This document shows positions 9,305 through 19,072 of a stretch of 64,000 nucleotides of DNA, piece after piece; within the stretch, counting starts at the first letter, position 1, and each line of letters starts with the position of its first letter. The notes under the pieces are model-generated. The model searched no databases and had not been told where the DNA came from. It saw only the letters and a list, made by a program, of their open reading frames with translations. Source of the stretch: Chlamydiales bacterium (GTDB lineage Bacteria; Chlamydiota; Chlamydiia; Chlamydiales; CALTSX01); assembly GCA_051647685.1 (NCBI GenBank), contig JBOFEG010000001.1, forward strand, positions 5,961 through 69,960, read 5' to 3'. The translations under genes and the position numbers were made by a program.

Positions 9305-10465
9305 TTAAAAATCAAGACGAATGTCCACTGTGAGACCCATTAAACTAAAGTCTAATCCCTGTCGTAAAAATTTAACTATGGGTGAAGTAGTCGCTCCAGC
9401 TGCTACATCAACTACGCGAACTACTTGGTTTACTCTCCACCAGTATTGTGATTCGAACCCAATTCTTACCATTAAATGGTTTTGGTCATCATTAAAATAG
9501 CACTTGCGCGCAATACCGAGCATATACTTCGCCATCGGACAAAACTTATGACAATCATTTTTTAATTTTATTCTGGATAAATTATTTGGACTATATCTTT
9601 CTGAATGACTAATTTGGAATTTTCCATAAAGCATTCCTATACCAAATTCATTATAAAGACTCACTCCTCTACCAATATACCAGTTAGCTCCAAACCCCAT
9701 AACTGGACCAAGTCCCTTGAAAGAACAACTTTCCTTGACATGCACTAAATCATCCCCAAGGCCAAATGTTGTCGCAATCGGATCTCCACCGGTATAACGA
9801 GTGCTTTGTCTCGTAGTAATCCAAGCAGCTTCAAGTGCCGTGAAATGACGAATGGCTAAACAATCACTAACAAAAAAATCTCGCGCTAAATCCCAACAGA
9901 GTGCCCGAAAGTGCAACTCACTTTGCGATTTTGCTTCAGAACAAAATAGAAATATAGCTCCATCATTGGGAATAGTTATGTTATAAGCTCCGACTAAAGG
10001 AATGACATTGTCGTTACATCCAGAGGCTACTACATTAGAGCCTGCACTAGCAAAATCACTATAGCATAAATTTGATTCCCAACCATCATGATTAATGTTA
10101 CATCCAAGCATTACTTTATAACCCCAATTCCACTTAGAATGCACATCTTTTATGTCCCCTTTAACGGGAAATTCAAGGACGGGATTTTGTTTTCCATACG
10201 CATAATCGGTGCCGCATGTACCTCCTTGCCAGTACAAGAGAGATGCACCTATATTCCAATTGTATCCACAACATTGGCCACAACTATTTAGAGTAGGACG
10301 AGCAGATGCAGTGTAAGCTCCACACGTACCGTTTGGAGTTGTTATATATATCCGATCTATTTTTTTACCTATTTCTTCCATGCGGTCATCAATGCCAGCT
10401 GCAAAGATAGTATGACTTAAGGTAGCCAAGGCCAACATGGTTATACCTTTCTTTATTATATTCAT
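9305..10465 (-). CDS. Cysteine-rich MOMP-like outer-membrane beta-barrel porin, paralog 1
   Basis: 386 aa. Signal peptide (...SHTIFAAG), conserved TTPNGTCGAYTASARPTL...CGQCCG block shared with the three paralogs downstream, alternating beta-strand pattern, and C-terminal DIRLDF (terminal Phe, the OMP sorting signal). Confidence 0.75.
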   Translation of the reverse strand: MNIIKKGITMLALATLSHTIFAAGIDDRMEEIGKKIDRIYITTPNGTCGAYTASARPTLNSCGQCCGYNWNIGASLLYWQGGTCGTDYAYGKQNPVLEFPVKGDIKDVHSKWNWGYKVMLGCNINHDGWESNLCYSDFASAGSNVVASGCNDNVIPLVGAYNITIPNDGAIFLFCSEAKSQSELHFRALCWDLARDFFVSDCLAIRHFTALEAAWITTRQSTRYTGGDPIATTFGLGDDLVHVKESCSFKGLGPVMGFGANWYIGRGVSLYNEFGIGMLYGKFQISHSERYSPNNLSRIKLKNDCHKFCPMAKYMLGIARKCYFNDDQNHLMVRIGFESQYWWRVNQVVRVVDVAAGATTSPIVKFLRQGLDFSLMGLTVDIRLDF

Positions 10466-10720
10466 TTACCACCTCAGTGTTTTTTGAAATAATTCTTTTT
10501 ATTATTAATGTATTCGTATCATTTCTATATTTTCAAATTATATGATTATAAAATATTTCAAACTTCATTTTATTGAAAAAATAGAATTGATATTCCATCT
10601 CAAAACACAGTGCAGACTTAAAGAATCTCTATAGTCAACGGCTCGATATTTTGTATTTATATCCCCTCCTTATAGTCAGCACTATGTTTTTATTATCACT
10701 TTCCTTGCAGTCCACCTAAT

Positions 10721-11881
10721 TTAAAAGTCTAAACGCGCCTCTAATATAAGTCCATGGAGGCTCATATCTGTTCTTAAAAAACTATAACGCTCTACTGCTT
10801 GGAATATTGCCCCGGTTCCGGACGTAGTGATTGTCTCTGATTTTACCATTTGATTGATACGGAACCAGTATTCCGCTTCGAATCCAAAGCGAAGTCGAAA
10901 ATGCTGCATATCATCCCAAAAATATCTATCATACTGTATAGCAAAAAACATTTCTAGTTCTGGAATAAATGAATGATGATTTGTACAGATTCCAGGTCTT
11001 TGATTAACACCTATGCTATAAGTTTCTGTATGATTCACTTTAAATTGACCATACACTAAACTAGCAGCAAAATTGGCAAATAAACTAAAACCTCTACAGA
11101 CATGAAAATTATTATCCCATCCAACCATGGGTCCAAATCCCCAATATTTTGAACAATCGTATACGGAGTATAAATTACACCCAATATCGCCTCCGATATA
11201 TTTAGAGCTTTGTTGTAATGTAAAGAACCCAGCCTTTAATCCAAAATGAGGATGAGTAGATAAGTGTCTACTGACGTAATAGTCTCTTCCGAGTTCTAAT
11301 TCAATTACATTATATTTTAATTTGAATCTAGAGTGAGAGCGAGATGACTTTGTCAACACATCTGTAATGTCTCCTATTGTTGGAAAGCCTTTTAAAGGTA
11401 TAACAGATTGAAGAGTTGTTGCATGCACTGTTGTGTTGCTAGAACTGCCTGTTTCATACCATTTATACCGCAAAGAAGAATCCCAACCATCGTGTTGAAA
11501 ATTATATCCAATTCCCACTTTAAGTCCCCAATCCCACTTAAAATCGACATATCGAATAGGAGAACAATTTGAACCACCGCAGGGTGATGTTACACTATCA
11601 GCAATATAGGCATATTCTGTTCCGGCTACTTTTGGGTGTAAATACAGAGCACCAATTTCTGCCCACCAGTTATTTCCACAACAACCATCACATTCATCGA
11701 GTATTGGTCTAGCAAGTGCGGTTGTAGCTCCACAAGTTTCATTTGGAGTCACAATTCGAACTTGTTGCATCTGCCTATTTAGATCACTAAGCCGTAATTC
11801 GGCAAAGATTCCTTGACTCAACAATGCTGAGCCCAATAGTATCTTTACAGCTTTCATTTGCATAAATAAAATCCTCCACAC
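10721..11881 (-). CDS. Cysteine-rich MOMP-like porin, paralog 2
   Basis: 386-aa ORF. VTPNETCGATTALARPILDECDGCCG block, ends EARLDF. The true start is probably the internal MQMKAVKILLGSALLSQGIFA (11863 or 11857), which gives a normal signal peptide. Confidence 0.75.
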   Translation of the reverse strand: MWRILFMQMKAVKILLGSALLSQGIFAELRLSDLNRQMQQVRIVTPNETCGATTALARPILDECDGCCGNNWWAEIGALYLHPKVAGTEYAYIADSVTSPCGGSNCSPIRYVDFKWDWGLKVGIGYNFQHDGWDSSLRYKWYETGSSSNTTVHATTLQSVIPLKGFPTIGDITDVLTKSSRSHSRFKLKYNVIELELGRDYYVSRHLSTHPHFGLKAGFFTLQQSSKYIGGDIGCNLYSVYDCSKYWGFGPMVGWDNNFHVCRGFSLFANFAASLVYGQFKVNHTETYSIGVNQRPGICTNHHSFIPELEMFFAIQYDRYFWDDMQHFRLRFGFEAEYWFRINQMVKSETITTSGTGAIFQAVERYSFLRTDMSLHGLILEARLDF

Positions 11882-12044
11882 CTAATTTTTGTAAAGCAAT
11901 ATCAAGCTAAATAAATGCTCCACAACTTTTACTGAGTTACTTAATTAGACTAATTAAAGGATGTAAGAAATATTTAAAAGCTTTTTTTTTATCTTACAAA
12001 ATTAATAAGAAAATTTCGGAGACAAACATTTTGAAGATTCTCTC

Positions 12045-12503
12045 CTAAAATCTCTTGCATAAGAGAAATTGCATTGAAAAAATATTTTTAAAAAATAAAA
12101 AATGAATAGAAAGTTTTCTATAATTTAAAGTAATATCGCGAGTTTCTAATATTTCATTGGCCCGCCAAATATGTTCTGCATCAATGCTAATCTCAGAATG
12201 AGGTGCATTTTATCGCAATTATAAGATGTATTGTAAGCACCTCCAACTCCCATTTGTATAGGCGGAACAAATATGCGTCGTAACTGATATATATGATTCT
12301 TAGGCTGAGTAAGTGTCTATCTTATCTCTTTGATCGGTTTTAAATAATCCATAGAGTAGCGATCGAGAAACATCTCCATATAAATAAAAACTGTTGCAAA
12401 AATACCACCGTGTTTGAAGGGCAAAGTAAGAATCTGCTCCTGAAAACTCATTACAATCTTTCATCACAGAATAGACTGCCATAGTATTATTAACATAATT
12501 CAA
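12045..12503 (-). pseudogene. Decayed C-terminal fragment of a MOMP-like porin paralog
   Basis: The 67-aa ORF (12300-12503) reads ...VMKDCNEFSGADSYFALQTRWYFCNSFYLYGDVSRSLLYGLF..., aligning with VSVKDCSRFSGAGPHFGLGTEWHFCGKFYLYGDICGSLMYGKF of paralog 3. After its stop, homology continues in other frames by hand translation: GVGGAYNTSYNCDKMHLILRLA, then IDAEHIWRANEILETRDITLNYRKLSIH versus FDAQYIWRINQMLEVKDVT...LSIH. The N-terminal ~220 codons and the xLDF terminus are missing. Confidence 0.7.
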
Positions 12504-12611
12504 AATTTTAAATAATTATTGTATATAAATATAACGCGTATTTTGCTTCATAATATTAACGGGTAGAGAGTTATCTCTACCCTAAATGATTTTATATGTA
12601 AAAGTACATGG

Positions 12612-13718
12612 TTAGAAATCGAGTTTTATGTCAAAAGTAAAACCGTGAATACTTAGATCTTCAGAAATTCTTCCAAAACGAAGAGCCGTTACATCTTTAA
12701 CTTCCAACATTTGATTTATACGCCAAATATATTGTGCGTCAAATCCAAAACGCAACATAATATGCATATTGTCATCACAACTGCAGTACGTGCTATAACC
12801 AAGTCCAAGAAGAGTACCTACAGAAGAAATTAAAGAATGGCGTATTTGACATATTCCAATGAGATTACTACAGGGAGTTAAACTAAATCTCTCTTTATGA
12901 TGTACATTAAATTTTCCATACATTAAAGACCCACAAATATCTCCGTAAAGGTAAAACTTACCACAGAAATGCCATTCCGTTCCCAATCCAAAGTGGGGGC
13001 CTGCTCCTGAAAAACGACTACAATCTTTAACAGATACAAAATTCCCTGCAATCGTCCCATATCGACTTTGTTGTCCTAATCCAATCCAAGCAGCTTTTAC
13101 CCCTATTTTTGGATGTAAGGCTAAGTACTCACTTATATAGAAAGCTCTACCTAGTTCAAATTGTAAAGCATTTAGCCCAATACAAAAATGGGAATTAGCT
13201 TTTTTGGCAACTAAAAAAGCGGAGGAATCTGTTTCTTCATTTGCAATACTAGGTAATCCCTTCAAAGCTATTACAGAGTTGTTAGTTCCGCTACAAGTAG
13301 ATTGACACCCACGAGATACAAAGCGAGTATATTCTAAAAAAATATCCCAACCATCATAAGGAAAATTATAACCGATACCCGTTTTGAATCCCCAATCCCA
13401 ACGAAAATCAATTGATTTGAGACAACCTTTAATTGGAACAATAGTAGTTGGGTTAAAATTAATGACTCCACATGCAAATTCGGTACCTGATATCTTTGGA
13501 TGCCAATACAATATTGATGCTGAAACATAGACATTAGCACCGCAACATCCGCATTCTGGATCTAAAATTGGACGCGCAAGCGCTGTAGTTGCTCCACAGG
13601 TTTCATTTGGAGTCACAATTCTAAGTTGCTCCATTTGGCTTTCAAGTTCGACAAGTCTATCTGCAAACAATGTTGTCAAACAAAACATAATACTTGGAAT
13701 TAATAGTTTTATTTTCAT
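12612..13718 (-). CDS. Cysteine-rich MOMP-like porin, paralog 3
   Basis: 368 aa. Signal peptide, VTPNETCGATTALARPILDPECGCCG block, ends DIKLDF. Confidence 0.75.
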   Translation of the reverse strand: MKIKLLIPSIMFCLTTLFADRLVELESQMEQLRIVTPNETCGATTALARPILDPECGCCGANVYVSASILYWHPKISGTEFACGVINFNPTTIVPIKGCLKSIDFRWDWGFKTGIGYNFPYDGWDIFLEYTRFVSRGCQSTCSGTNNSVIALKGLPSIANEETDSSAFLVAKKANSHFCIGLNALQFELGRAFYISEYLALHPKIGVKAAWIGLGQQSRYGTIAGNFVSVKDCSRFSGAGPHFGLGTEWHFCGKFYLYGDICGSLMYGKFNVHHKERFSLTPCSNLIGICQIRHSLISSVGTLLGLGYSTYCSCDDNMHIMLRFGFDAQYIWRINQMLEVKDVTALRFGRISEDLSIHGFTFDIKLDF

Positions 13719-13758
13719 ATATTTTACCTTTAACTAAAATCTTTAGCCATTTATAACT

Positions 13759-14925
13759 TTAAAAGTCTAACCTTAGTGCAGCTGTTATTCCATGTAGTCC
13801 CAAATCTTCTGAAATGTGGCTATAATTTGCTACAGGACTAATTAAACTAAGATTTTGATTGGCTCGTAGCAATTGATTAATTCTCCAGAAATATTGGCTA
13901 TCTAAATTAATCTGAAACCGAATATGGTTCTTATCATCATTGAAATAATTATCGAATTGTATACCTAATTGAAATTCCATATTTGGAATAAAAGCATGGA
14001 ATTTATCTACAAGCTTAATAGTATTTAAACATTTTAACCGGCTGTAATCATTTTTATGAATCACATCAAAGTTTCCATACAATAATGCAGCATTTATATT
14101 ACCAAATAAACTAAAATTTTGACAAATATGCCAATTACTATAAATACCAGTTCGAACCCCTAAGCCGAAAAATTCGTTTCTTCCCTTTACGTGAACTGTA
14201 TTTACATCAAGACCAGTGGGTTCGTTAGCTGCGCCTATTACACCTCCGGTATAGTTAATTCCTTGTTGTAGTTTAATCCATGTAGCTTTTGCTCCCATTT
14301 GAGGTCTTATAGCTAGATGTTCACTAACATAGTAATAACGACCCAGTTCTAAATCTAAAGCATTTAAAACAAGATCAAATTGGGATTTAGCTCTGGTGCT
14401 ATATGCAAAATATCCATCGGGTAAATTTGTAATCGAAGAGTTTCCTTGATCAGGGATAATTGCATTGTTTCTTGCTGCAGAACTTCGTTTGGAGGCATGC
14501 GTATCAAACCAAGTATATCCAAGAAAAGCATCCCAACCATCATGAGGAAAATTATAACCAAGACCGATTCTCAATCCCCAATCCCAATCGAATTCTACTT
14601 CTTTCAATCTTCCATTAATTGGAAATTGTCCACTACTATTGGCTATAGAATAAGCGAAGTCGGTTCCATTAACCTTTGCATTCCAATATAAAATAGAGAT
14701 TTGTAAAAACCAGTTGGTGCAACATTGACTGCAATCGCTTTCAAGAATCGGACGTGCTATAGCTGTTGTGGCTCCGCAAGTTCCATTTGGACTTATAAAA
14801 TAAATCTGATCTAACCGTCTCTGTAATTCACCAAAACGAGAATCTGAATCTGCTGCTGCAGATGCTATAATCGGTGTTCCCAAAGCAAGTGATAGACACA
14901 ATTTTGTAATCACACTTCTCTTCAT
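13759..14925 (-). CDS. Cysteine-rich MOMP-like porin, paralog 4
   Basis: 388 aa. Signal peptide (...IIASAAA), ISPNGTCGATTAIARPILESDCSQCC block, ends ALRLDF. Confidence 0.75.
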   Translation of the reverse strand: MKRSVITKLCLSLALGTPIIASAAADSDSRFGELQRRLDQIYFISPNGTCGATTAIARPILESDCSQCCTNWFLQISILYWNAKVNGTDFAYSIANSSGQFPINGRLKEVEFDWDWGLRIGLGYNFPHDGWDAFLGYTWFDTHASKRSSAARNNAIIPDQGNSSITNLPDGYFAYSTRAKSQFDLVLNALDLELGRYYYVSEHLAIRPQMGAKATWIKLQQGINYTGGVIGAANEPTGLDVNTVHVKGRNEFFGLGVRTGIYSNWHICQNFSLFGNINAALLYGNFDVIHKNDYSRLKCLNTIKLVDKFHAFIPNMEFQLGIQFDNYFNDDKNHIRFQINLDSQYFWRINQLLRANQNLSLISPVANYSHISEDLGLHGITAALRLDF

Positions 14926-15100
14926 TGTTTTAACCCCTTTGATTGATCTTTCAGTAACTTTTTAGGACTTTTTTGATAAACCTATAAAGTCCTTAACGTA
15001 TAAATTTAAATAAAATTTAATTAAAGAAAAAAATAAAATCAAATTTTTTCTTTAAATATTTGATATTATAAATTTTTTATCTGAGTTTTGGAGCTATTTT

Positions 15101-16093
15101 CTAACTCAAAGATTTGTGTTGCATAATGGTAAATTTAGCTCCTAGTAGAACTGTTTTATCGTTACAAATAATCTTTACTGGTATTTCTGATAATAATTCT
15201 GAAAATCTGCCTTTATGTGTAAATGCTTGCATGAAAGTTCCATCTTGCAACTTTTTAATAAGTCTCGGAGGAATTCCACCTCCGAGAAAAATACCTCCAT
15301 AAGATAAGTATTTTAACGCGAGATTGCCCGCTTCTGCTCCATACAAAGAGAGGAATAAATCTAAAGTTTTTACAGAAACAGGACAAATATTTTGTAATGC
15401 TGATTCTATAATCACTTGTCCAGTTTTTTGTGTTTGCAATTCAGATTGTACATCTGGATTAGGAACCTCTCCTTTCACATCAATAAAAAATTGAAATAAA
15501 TTAAGCAATCCTATTCCAGATAGTACTCTTTCATAAGAAACATGATCAAATTTTTTGAGCATATACGATAGCAAGGAAATTTCTAGATCATTTCGAGGAG
15601 AAAAATCCACGTGTCCCCCTTCACTTGGAATAGAGAGAACGGTATCATCGAGTGTAATCATTCCAACTTCTCCAAGACCAGTTCCGACAGAAATTATTGC
15701 TTGAAGCCCTTTTGTTATGACTTTTCCTGGATTGATAACTACAAAATCTTTATCGGATAATAATTGCACTCCAAAAACGCTCGCTTCTAAATCATTTAGT
15801 AAAATTACCTGAGCAAAAGAAAATCGGCTCGTAAGTTCTTTGCCATCTATATACCAAGGTAAATTTGTGGTTTTGCAGCTATTATTTTTTATAGGTCCTG
15901 CTACACCCAAACAAACCAATTGAATTATTTCAGAAATACCCATGAGAAATTGTTGTAGAACATGATAGAAACTTGAATATTCTTGGCTGTTAAAAACTTG
16001 TTCTCGCAAAATTTCGTCTGTGCCATCCCTCTTCCTATACATTAGTAAATGTGTTTTTGTGCCACCGATGTCTCCTGCTATATACATACTCAA
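15101..16093 (-). CDS. glk: Glucokinase
   Basis: 330 aa. The N-terminal IAGDIGGTKT phosphate-1 loop, GVAGPI, and EGGH are typical of Glk-type (non-ROK) bacterial glucokinases. Confidence 0.8.
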   Translation of the reverse strand: MSMYIAGDIGGTKTHLLMYRKRDGTDEILREQVFNSQEYSSFYHVLQQFLMGISEIIQLVCLGVAGPIKNNSCKTTNLPWYIDGKELTSRFSFAQVILLNDLEASVFGVQLLSDKDFVVINPGKVITKGLQAIISVGTGLGEVGMITLDDTVLSIPSEGGHVDFSPRNDLEISLLSYMLKKFDHVSYERVLSGIGLLNLFQFFIDVKGEVPNPDVQSELQTQKTGQVIIESALQNICPVSVKTLDLFLSLYGAEAGNLALKYLSYGGIFLGGGIPPRLIKKLQDGTFMQAFTHKGRFSELLSEIPVKIICNDKTVLLGAKFTIMQHKSLS

Positions 16094-16172
16094 TCCTAGT
16101 TCAAATTATATTCTAACTATTAAAATAGCCATTTTTTTGCCATTATGTGGGAAATTCATTTTAGGAGGAAGT

Positions 16173-17237
16173 ATGACAACACCACAAGATGCCGCAAAGA
16201 AAAAAGCTTTGGAACATGTTTTTGCACATTTAGAAAAACAATTTGGCGAAGGAACTATCATGACACTTGGAAAACATTCCAAGCGTAGAAAAGTAAGTAT
16301 GATCCCAACTGGCACTATTGCTTTGGATATTGCAACTGGAATTGGCGGGATTCCTCGAGGTCGAATCACAGAAATTTATGGCCCTGAAGCATCGGGAAAA
16401 ACTACACTTGCTAATCATATTACTGCAAATTGTCAAAAACAAAATGGAACAGTTGCTTACATCGATGCAGAACATGCTTTGGATCCCGCTTACACCGCAC
16501 GTATTGGAGTCAACTTAGAAGAGCTTATGATATCACAGCCAGATTGCGGAGAAGATGCGTTAAATATTGCAGAAATGCTTGCGAGATCTAACGCTGTAGA
16601 TTTAATTGTTGTCGACTCCGTCGCAGCACTTGTTCCGAGAACTGAACTCGAAGGAGAAATTGGCGACCCACAAGTAGGATTGCAAGCACGTATGATGTCG
16701 CAAGCACTCCGAAAATTAAACGCTACGATCTCAAAGAGCAACACGGCACTTGTGTTTATTAATCAGGTCCGAGAGAAAATTGGGATCTCTTATGGAAATC
16801 CTGAAACGACAACGGGTGGCCGAGCTCTTAAGTTTTATGCTTCGTTGCGTCTCGAAATTAGACGGATTGCTTCTATTAAATCATCGGAAGATGATATTGG
16901 AAATCGAGTAAGAGTAAAAGTTGTAAAGAATAAACTGGCCCCTCCCTTCCGAACAGCCGAATTTGATATTTTGTTCAATGAAGGAATATCTAAACTTGGT
17001 TCATTAATCGATATGGGCGTAACCCTTGGAGTGATTGAAAAGAAAGGTACTTGGTTTAGTTATAAAGAACATCGGTTTGGACAGGGAAAAGAAACTTGTC
17101 GAGAAGAGCTAAAAAAGAATCCAGTACTGGTAAAAGAAATTGAAGATAAAGTTTTTGAACTTTCTTTTGAGAAAAATCCTCTATTACTTGAAGTTGGTGG
17201 CGAATCAAAACCTTTAGCCACATCTGTTGCAGAATGA
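16173..17237 (+). CDS. recA: Recombinase RecA
   Basis: The track ORF starts at 16020 but overlaps glk. The in-frame ATG at 16173 is preceded by AGGAGG (16164-16169) and gives MTTPQDAAKKKALEHVFAHLEKQFGEGTIMTLG, the normal RecA N-terminus. Walker A GPEASGKTTLA, and the ALKFYASLRLEIRR and KVVKNKLAPPF motifs are present. Confidence 0.95.
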   Translation: MTTPQDAAKKKALEHVFAHLEKQFGEGTIMTLGKHSKRRKVSMIPTGTIALDIATGIGGIPRGRITEIYGPEASGKTTLANHITANCQKQNGTVAYIDAEHALDPAYTARIGVNLEELMISQPDCGEDALNIAEMLARSNAVDLIVVDSVAALVPRTELEGEIGDPQVGLQARMMSQALRKLNATISKSNTALVFINQVREKIGISYGNPETTTGGRALKFYASLRLEIRRIASIKSSEDDIGNRVRVKVVKNKLAPPFRTAEFDILFNEGISKLGSLIDMGVTLGVIEKKGTWFSYKEHRFGQGKETCREELKKNPVLVKEIEDKVFELSFEKNPLLLEVGGESKPLATSVAE

Positions 17238-17246
17238 TGTAACTCG

Positions 17247-17273
17247 CTGTAGTTTAAATAGTCTAAACTACAG
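17247..17273. terminator. Hairpin between convergent recA and ispA (possible bidirectional terminator)
   Basis: Perfect 10-bp inverted repeat, ctgtagttta (17247-17256) and taaactacag (17264-17273), with a 7-nt loop. It overlaps the ispA stop codon. No strong U-tract follows. Confidence 0.4.
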
Positions 17274-18156
17274 CATTATTAGAACTATACAGCCCTTCGC
17301 CAAATTTATAATGGAGCAGTGGCTCTAGATCGAGTGGAATAGGGAGTAGACTACTCTTTGTTTGTAGAAGTTGTATTTCTTTATTGTATAATGCATGTGT
17401 CGTTTCAAGACCCACTAACAAAGCAACATTTACGCTCTCTTTTTTCTCTCTATCTTGCTCTTGGTCTTGTAAATCATCAGCAATTTGAAACGCCATTCCA
17501 AAATGACTTGCAATTTCTTTAATCTGATCTACAGCTGCACATTGTCCTCCACCAAAGAGCCAGCCAAACAAAAAGGAAGCTTCAAACAAAGTGACTGTTT
17601 TTTTATGAAATATTTCTTTAACCATTGCCAGATCTTTATTTTTTGAAAAAAGATCTAAAAATTGTCCACCTGTCGCGCCATGTAAGCCCGAAGCATAGGA
17701 TGCCTCTCTAAGGGCGAGTAATCCAGCTTCCCGTGCGTTTAGAGGTGATACTATTTGACCGTTTTCTAAATTGCATGTAGCTCGATATATTTTTTCATAA
17801 GATAAATTTATTAAAGCGTAAGAAGCTAGAAGTGCAGTAGTCTCTCCAAATACTTTATGGACACTTGGCACCCCTCTTCGATAATCATCGTTATCCATAC
17901 AAGGGAGATCATCAATAATTAGCGATGCTGTATGCATGTACTCAATGGCAAGAGCGGCTTCTAAAGCATCTAATCCAGGCGATATAGCTTGAGCAATAGA
18001 CAGAGTGCAAAGGGGTCTAACTCGCTTCCCACCGCTAAGTAAAGAGTACTTGCAGGCATCTCGCAAAGCATTCTCTTCTTTCCAACTTTGGATATCTTTT
18101 TGTAGTGCAATCTCAAAACTATTTTTAAGCCTATCTATTTCATCCATGCAATTCAT
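17263..18156 (-). CDS. ispA: Polyprenyl (farnesyl/geranylgeranyl) diphosphate synthase
   Basis: 297 aa. First and second Asp-rich motifs are present: LIIDDLPCMDNDDYRRG and FQIADDLQD. Confidence 0.85.
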   Translation of the reverse strand: MNCMDEIDRLKNSFEIALQKDIQSWKEENALRDACKYSLLSGGKRVRPLCTLSIAQAISPGLDALEAALAIEYMHTASLIIDDLPCMDNDDYRRGVPSVHKVFGETTALLASYALINLSYEKIYRATCNLENGQIVSPLNAREAGLLALREASYASGLHGATGGQFLDLFSKNKDLAMVKEIFHKKTVTLFEASFLFGWLFGGGQCAAVDQIKEIASHFGMAFQIADDLQDQEQDREKKESVNVALLVGLETTHALYNKEIQLLQTKSSLLPIPLDLEPLLHYKFGEGLYSSNNAVV

Positions 18157-18818
18157 AAAATAACCTCACTAGGTACGAGTGAATGTCTAACGATAGTACC
18201 TGGATAACAAGTAAAGTTTTTTGCAAGCAAAACACCTGGATTCACTACCGAGTTACACCCTAAACTAGATCCATCTCCAATGATCGCCCCAAATTTACTT
18301 AAATGACTGGGTTTACGCTGTCCTTGCACAATGACATCTATTTTTTGGTAATCCAAACGACAATTGGCTAAAATAACGCCAGCACCCAAATGAACATTAT
18401 TTCCTAAGACGGAATCGCCTACATAATTAAAATGCGGTATTTTGGCATCATCAAACAAAATAGATGACTTGACTTCACTGCAATGTCCGACAATACAATT
18501 ATTGCCGATCAAACTGTGTGCTCTAAGACATGCCCCATGACGAATCTCACAATTTTCTCCGATATAGCAAGGTCCTTCAATGTAGACTCCTGGATCAACG
18601 CGCGTATTTTTACCGATAAAAATGAGTGATGGATTTATGAGGTAACACGACTTTGGTAACGCCACATATTGGATACCAAGCCTTAGGGTTGTAAAATATT
18701 TTGGCAGTTTGATTAGGCTATTCCAAACTGGTTGGTCAATTTCAAATAGCTCTTTATGCTCAGAGTGCTGGGTAGAGAAAAAAATATCGGGTTTAAAACA
18801 GTCATCATCCATACCCAA
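18153..18818 (-). CDS. Left-handed beta-helix (hexapeptide-repeat) transferase, GlmU C-terminal-like
   Basis: 221 aa with consecutive hexapeptide repeats (IGENCEIRHGACLRAHSLIGNNCIVGHCSEVKSSIL...VGDSVLGNNVHLGAGVILAN). Overlaps ispA by 4 nt. An ispA plus short glmU-like pair is what I recall from Chlamydia. Confidence 0.65.
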   Translation of the reverse strand: MGMDDDCFKPDIFFSTQHSEHKELFEIDQPVWNSLIKLPKYFTTLRLGIQYVALPKSCYLINPSLIFIGKNTRVDPGVYIEGPCYIGENCEIRHGACLRAHSLIGNNCIVGHCSEVKSSILFDDAKIPHFNYVGDSVLGNNVHLGAGVILANCRLDYQKIDVIVQGQRKPSHLSKFGAIIGDGSSLGCNSVVNPGVLLAKNFTCYPGTIVRHSLVPSEVIL

Positions 18819-18919
18819 AACATTGTAGAGAAAATTTACTAAAGGTCAATCCCCCTACAAAAACCATATTAAATTAAGAAGAAGAATATATATATTATAT
18901 CTTCTTTGTCTTTATACAA

Positions 18920-19072
18920 TGTGGATCTGTTCATAAGTGCCCTTTTTCATAGACAAGGCAATTGTTCATAGACTGTTCATAACTTGGGCAAATTGTTTAA
19001 AACTATTTCTTGTATGGTACTTATGAACAAGTTATGAACAGCTGTGAACAGTCTATGAACAGGTTATGAACA
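18920..19072. repeat. Iteron-like array of the 9-mer TTATGAACA on an 11-bp register (5 direct copies facing 3 inverted copies)
   Basis: Direct copies start at 19021, 19032, 19042 (CTGTGAACA), 19053 (CTATGAACA) and 19064. Inverted copies TGTTCATA(A/G) start at 18928, 18963 and 18974. TGTGGATCT lies at 18920-18928. The whole array is non-coding. Confidence 0.8.

Noticed and set aside
16020-16172. N-terminal 51-codon extension of recA in the track ORF
   Set aside because: The extension overlaps the glk start region on the other strand and has no RecA homology. An AGGAGG-preceded ATG at 16173 gives the canonical RecA N-terminus.
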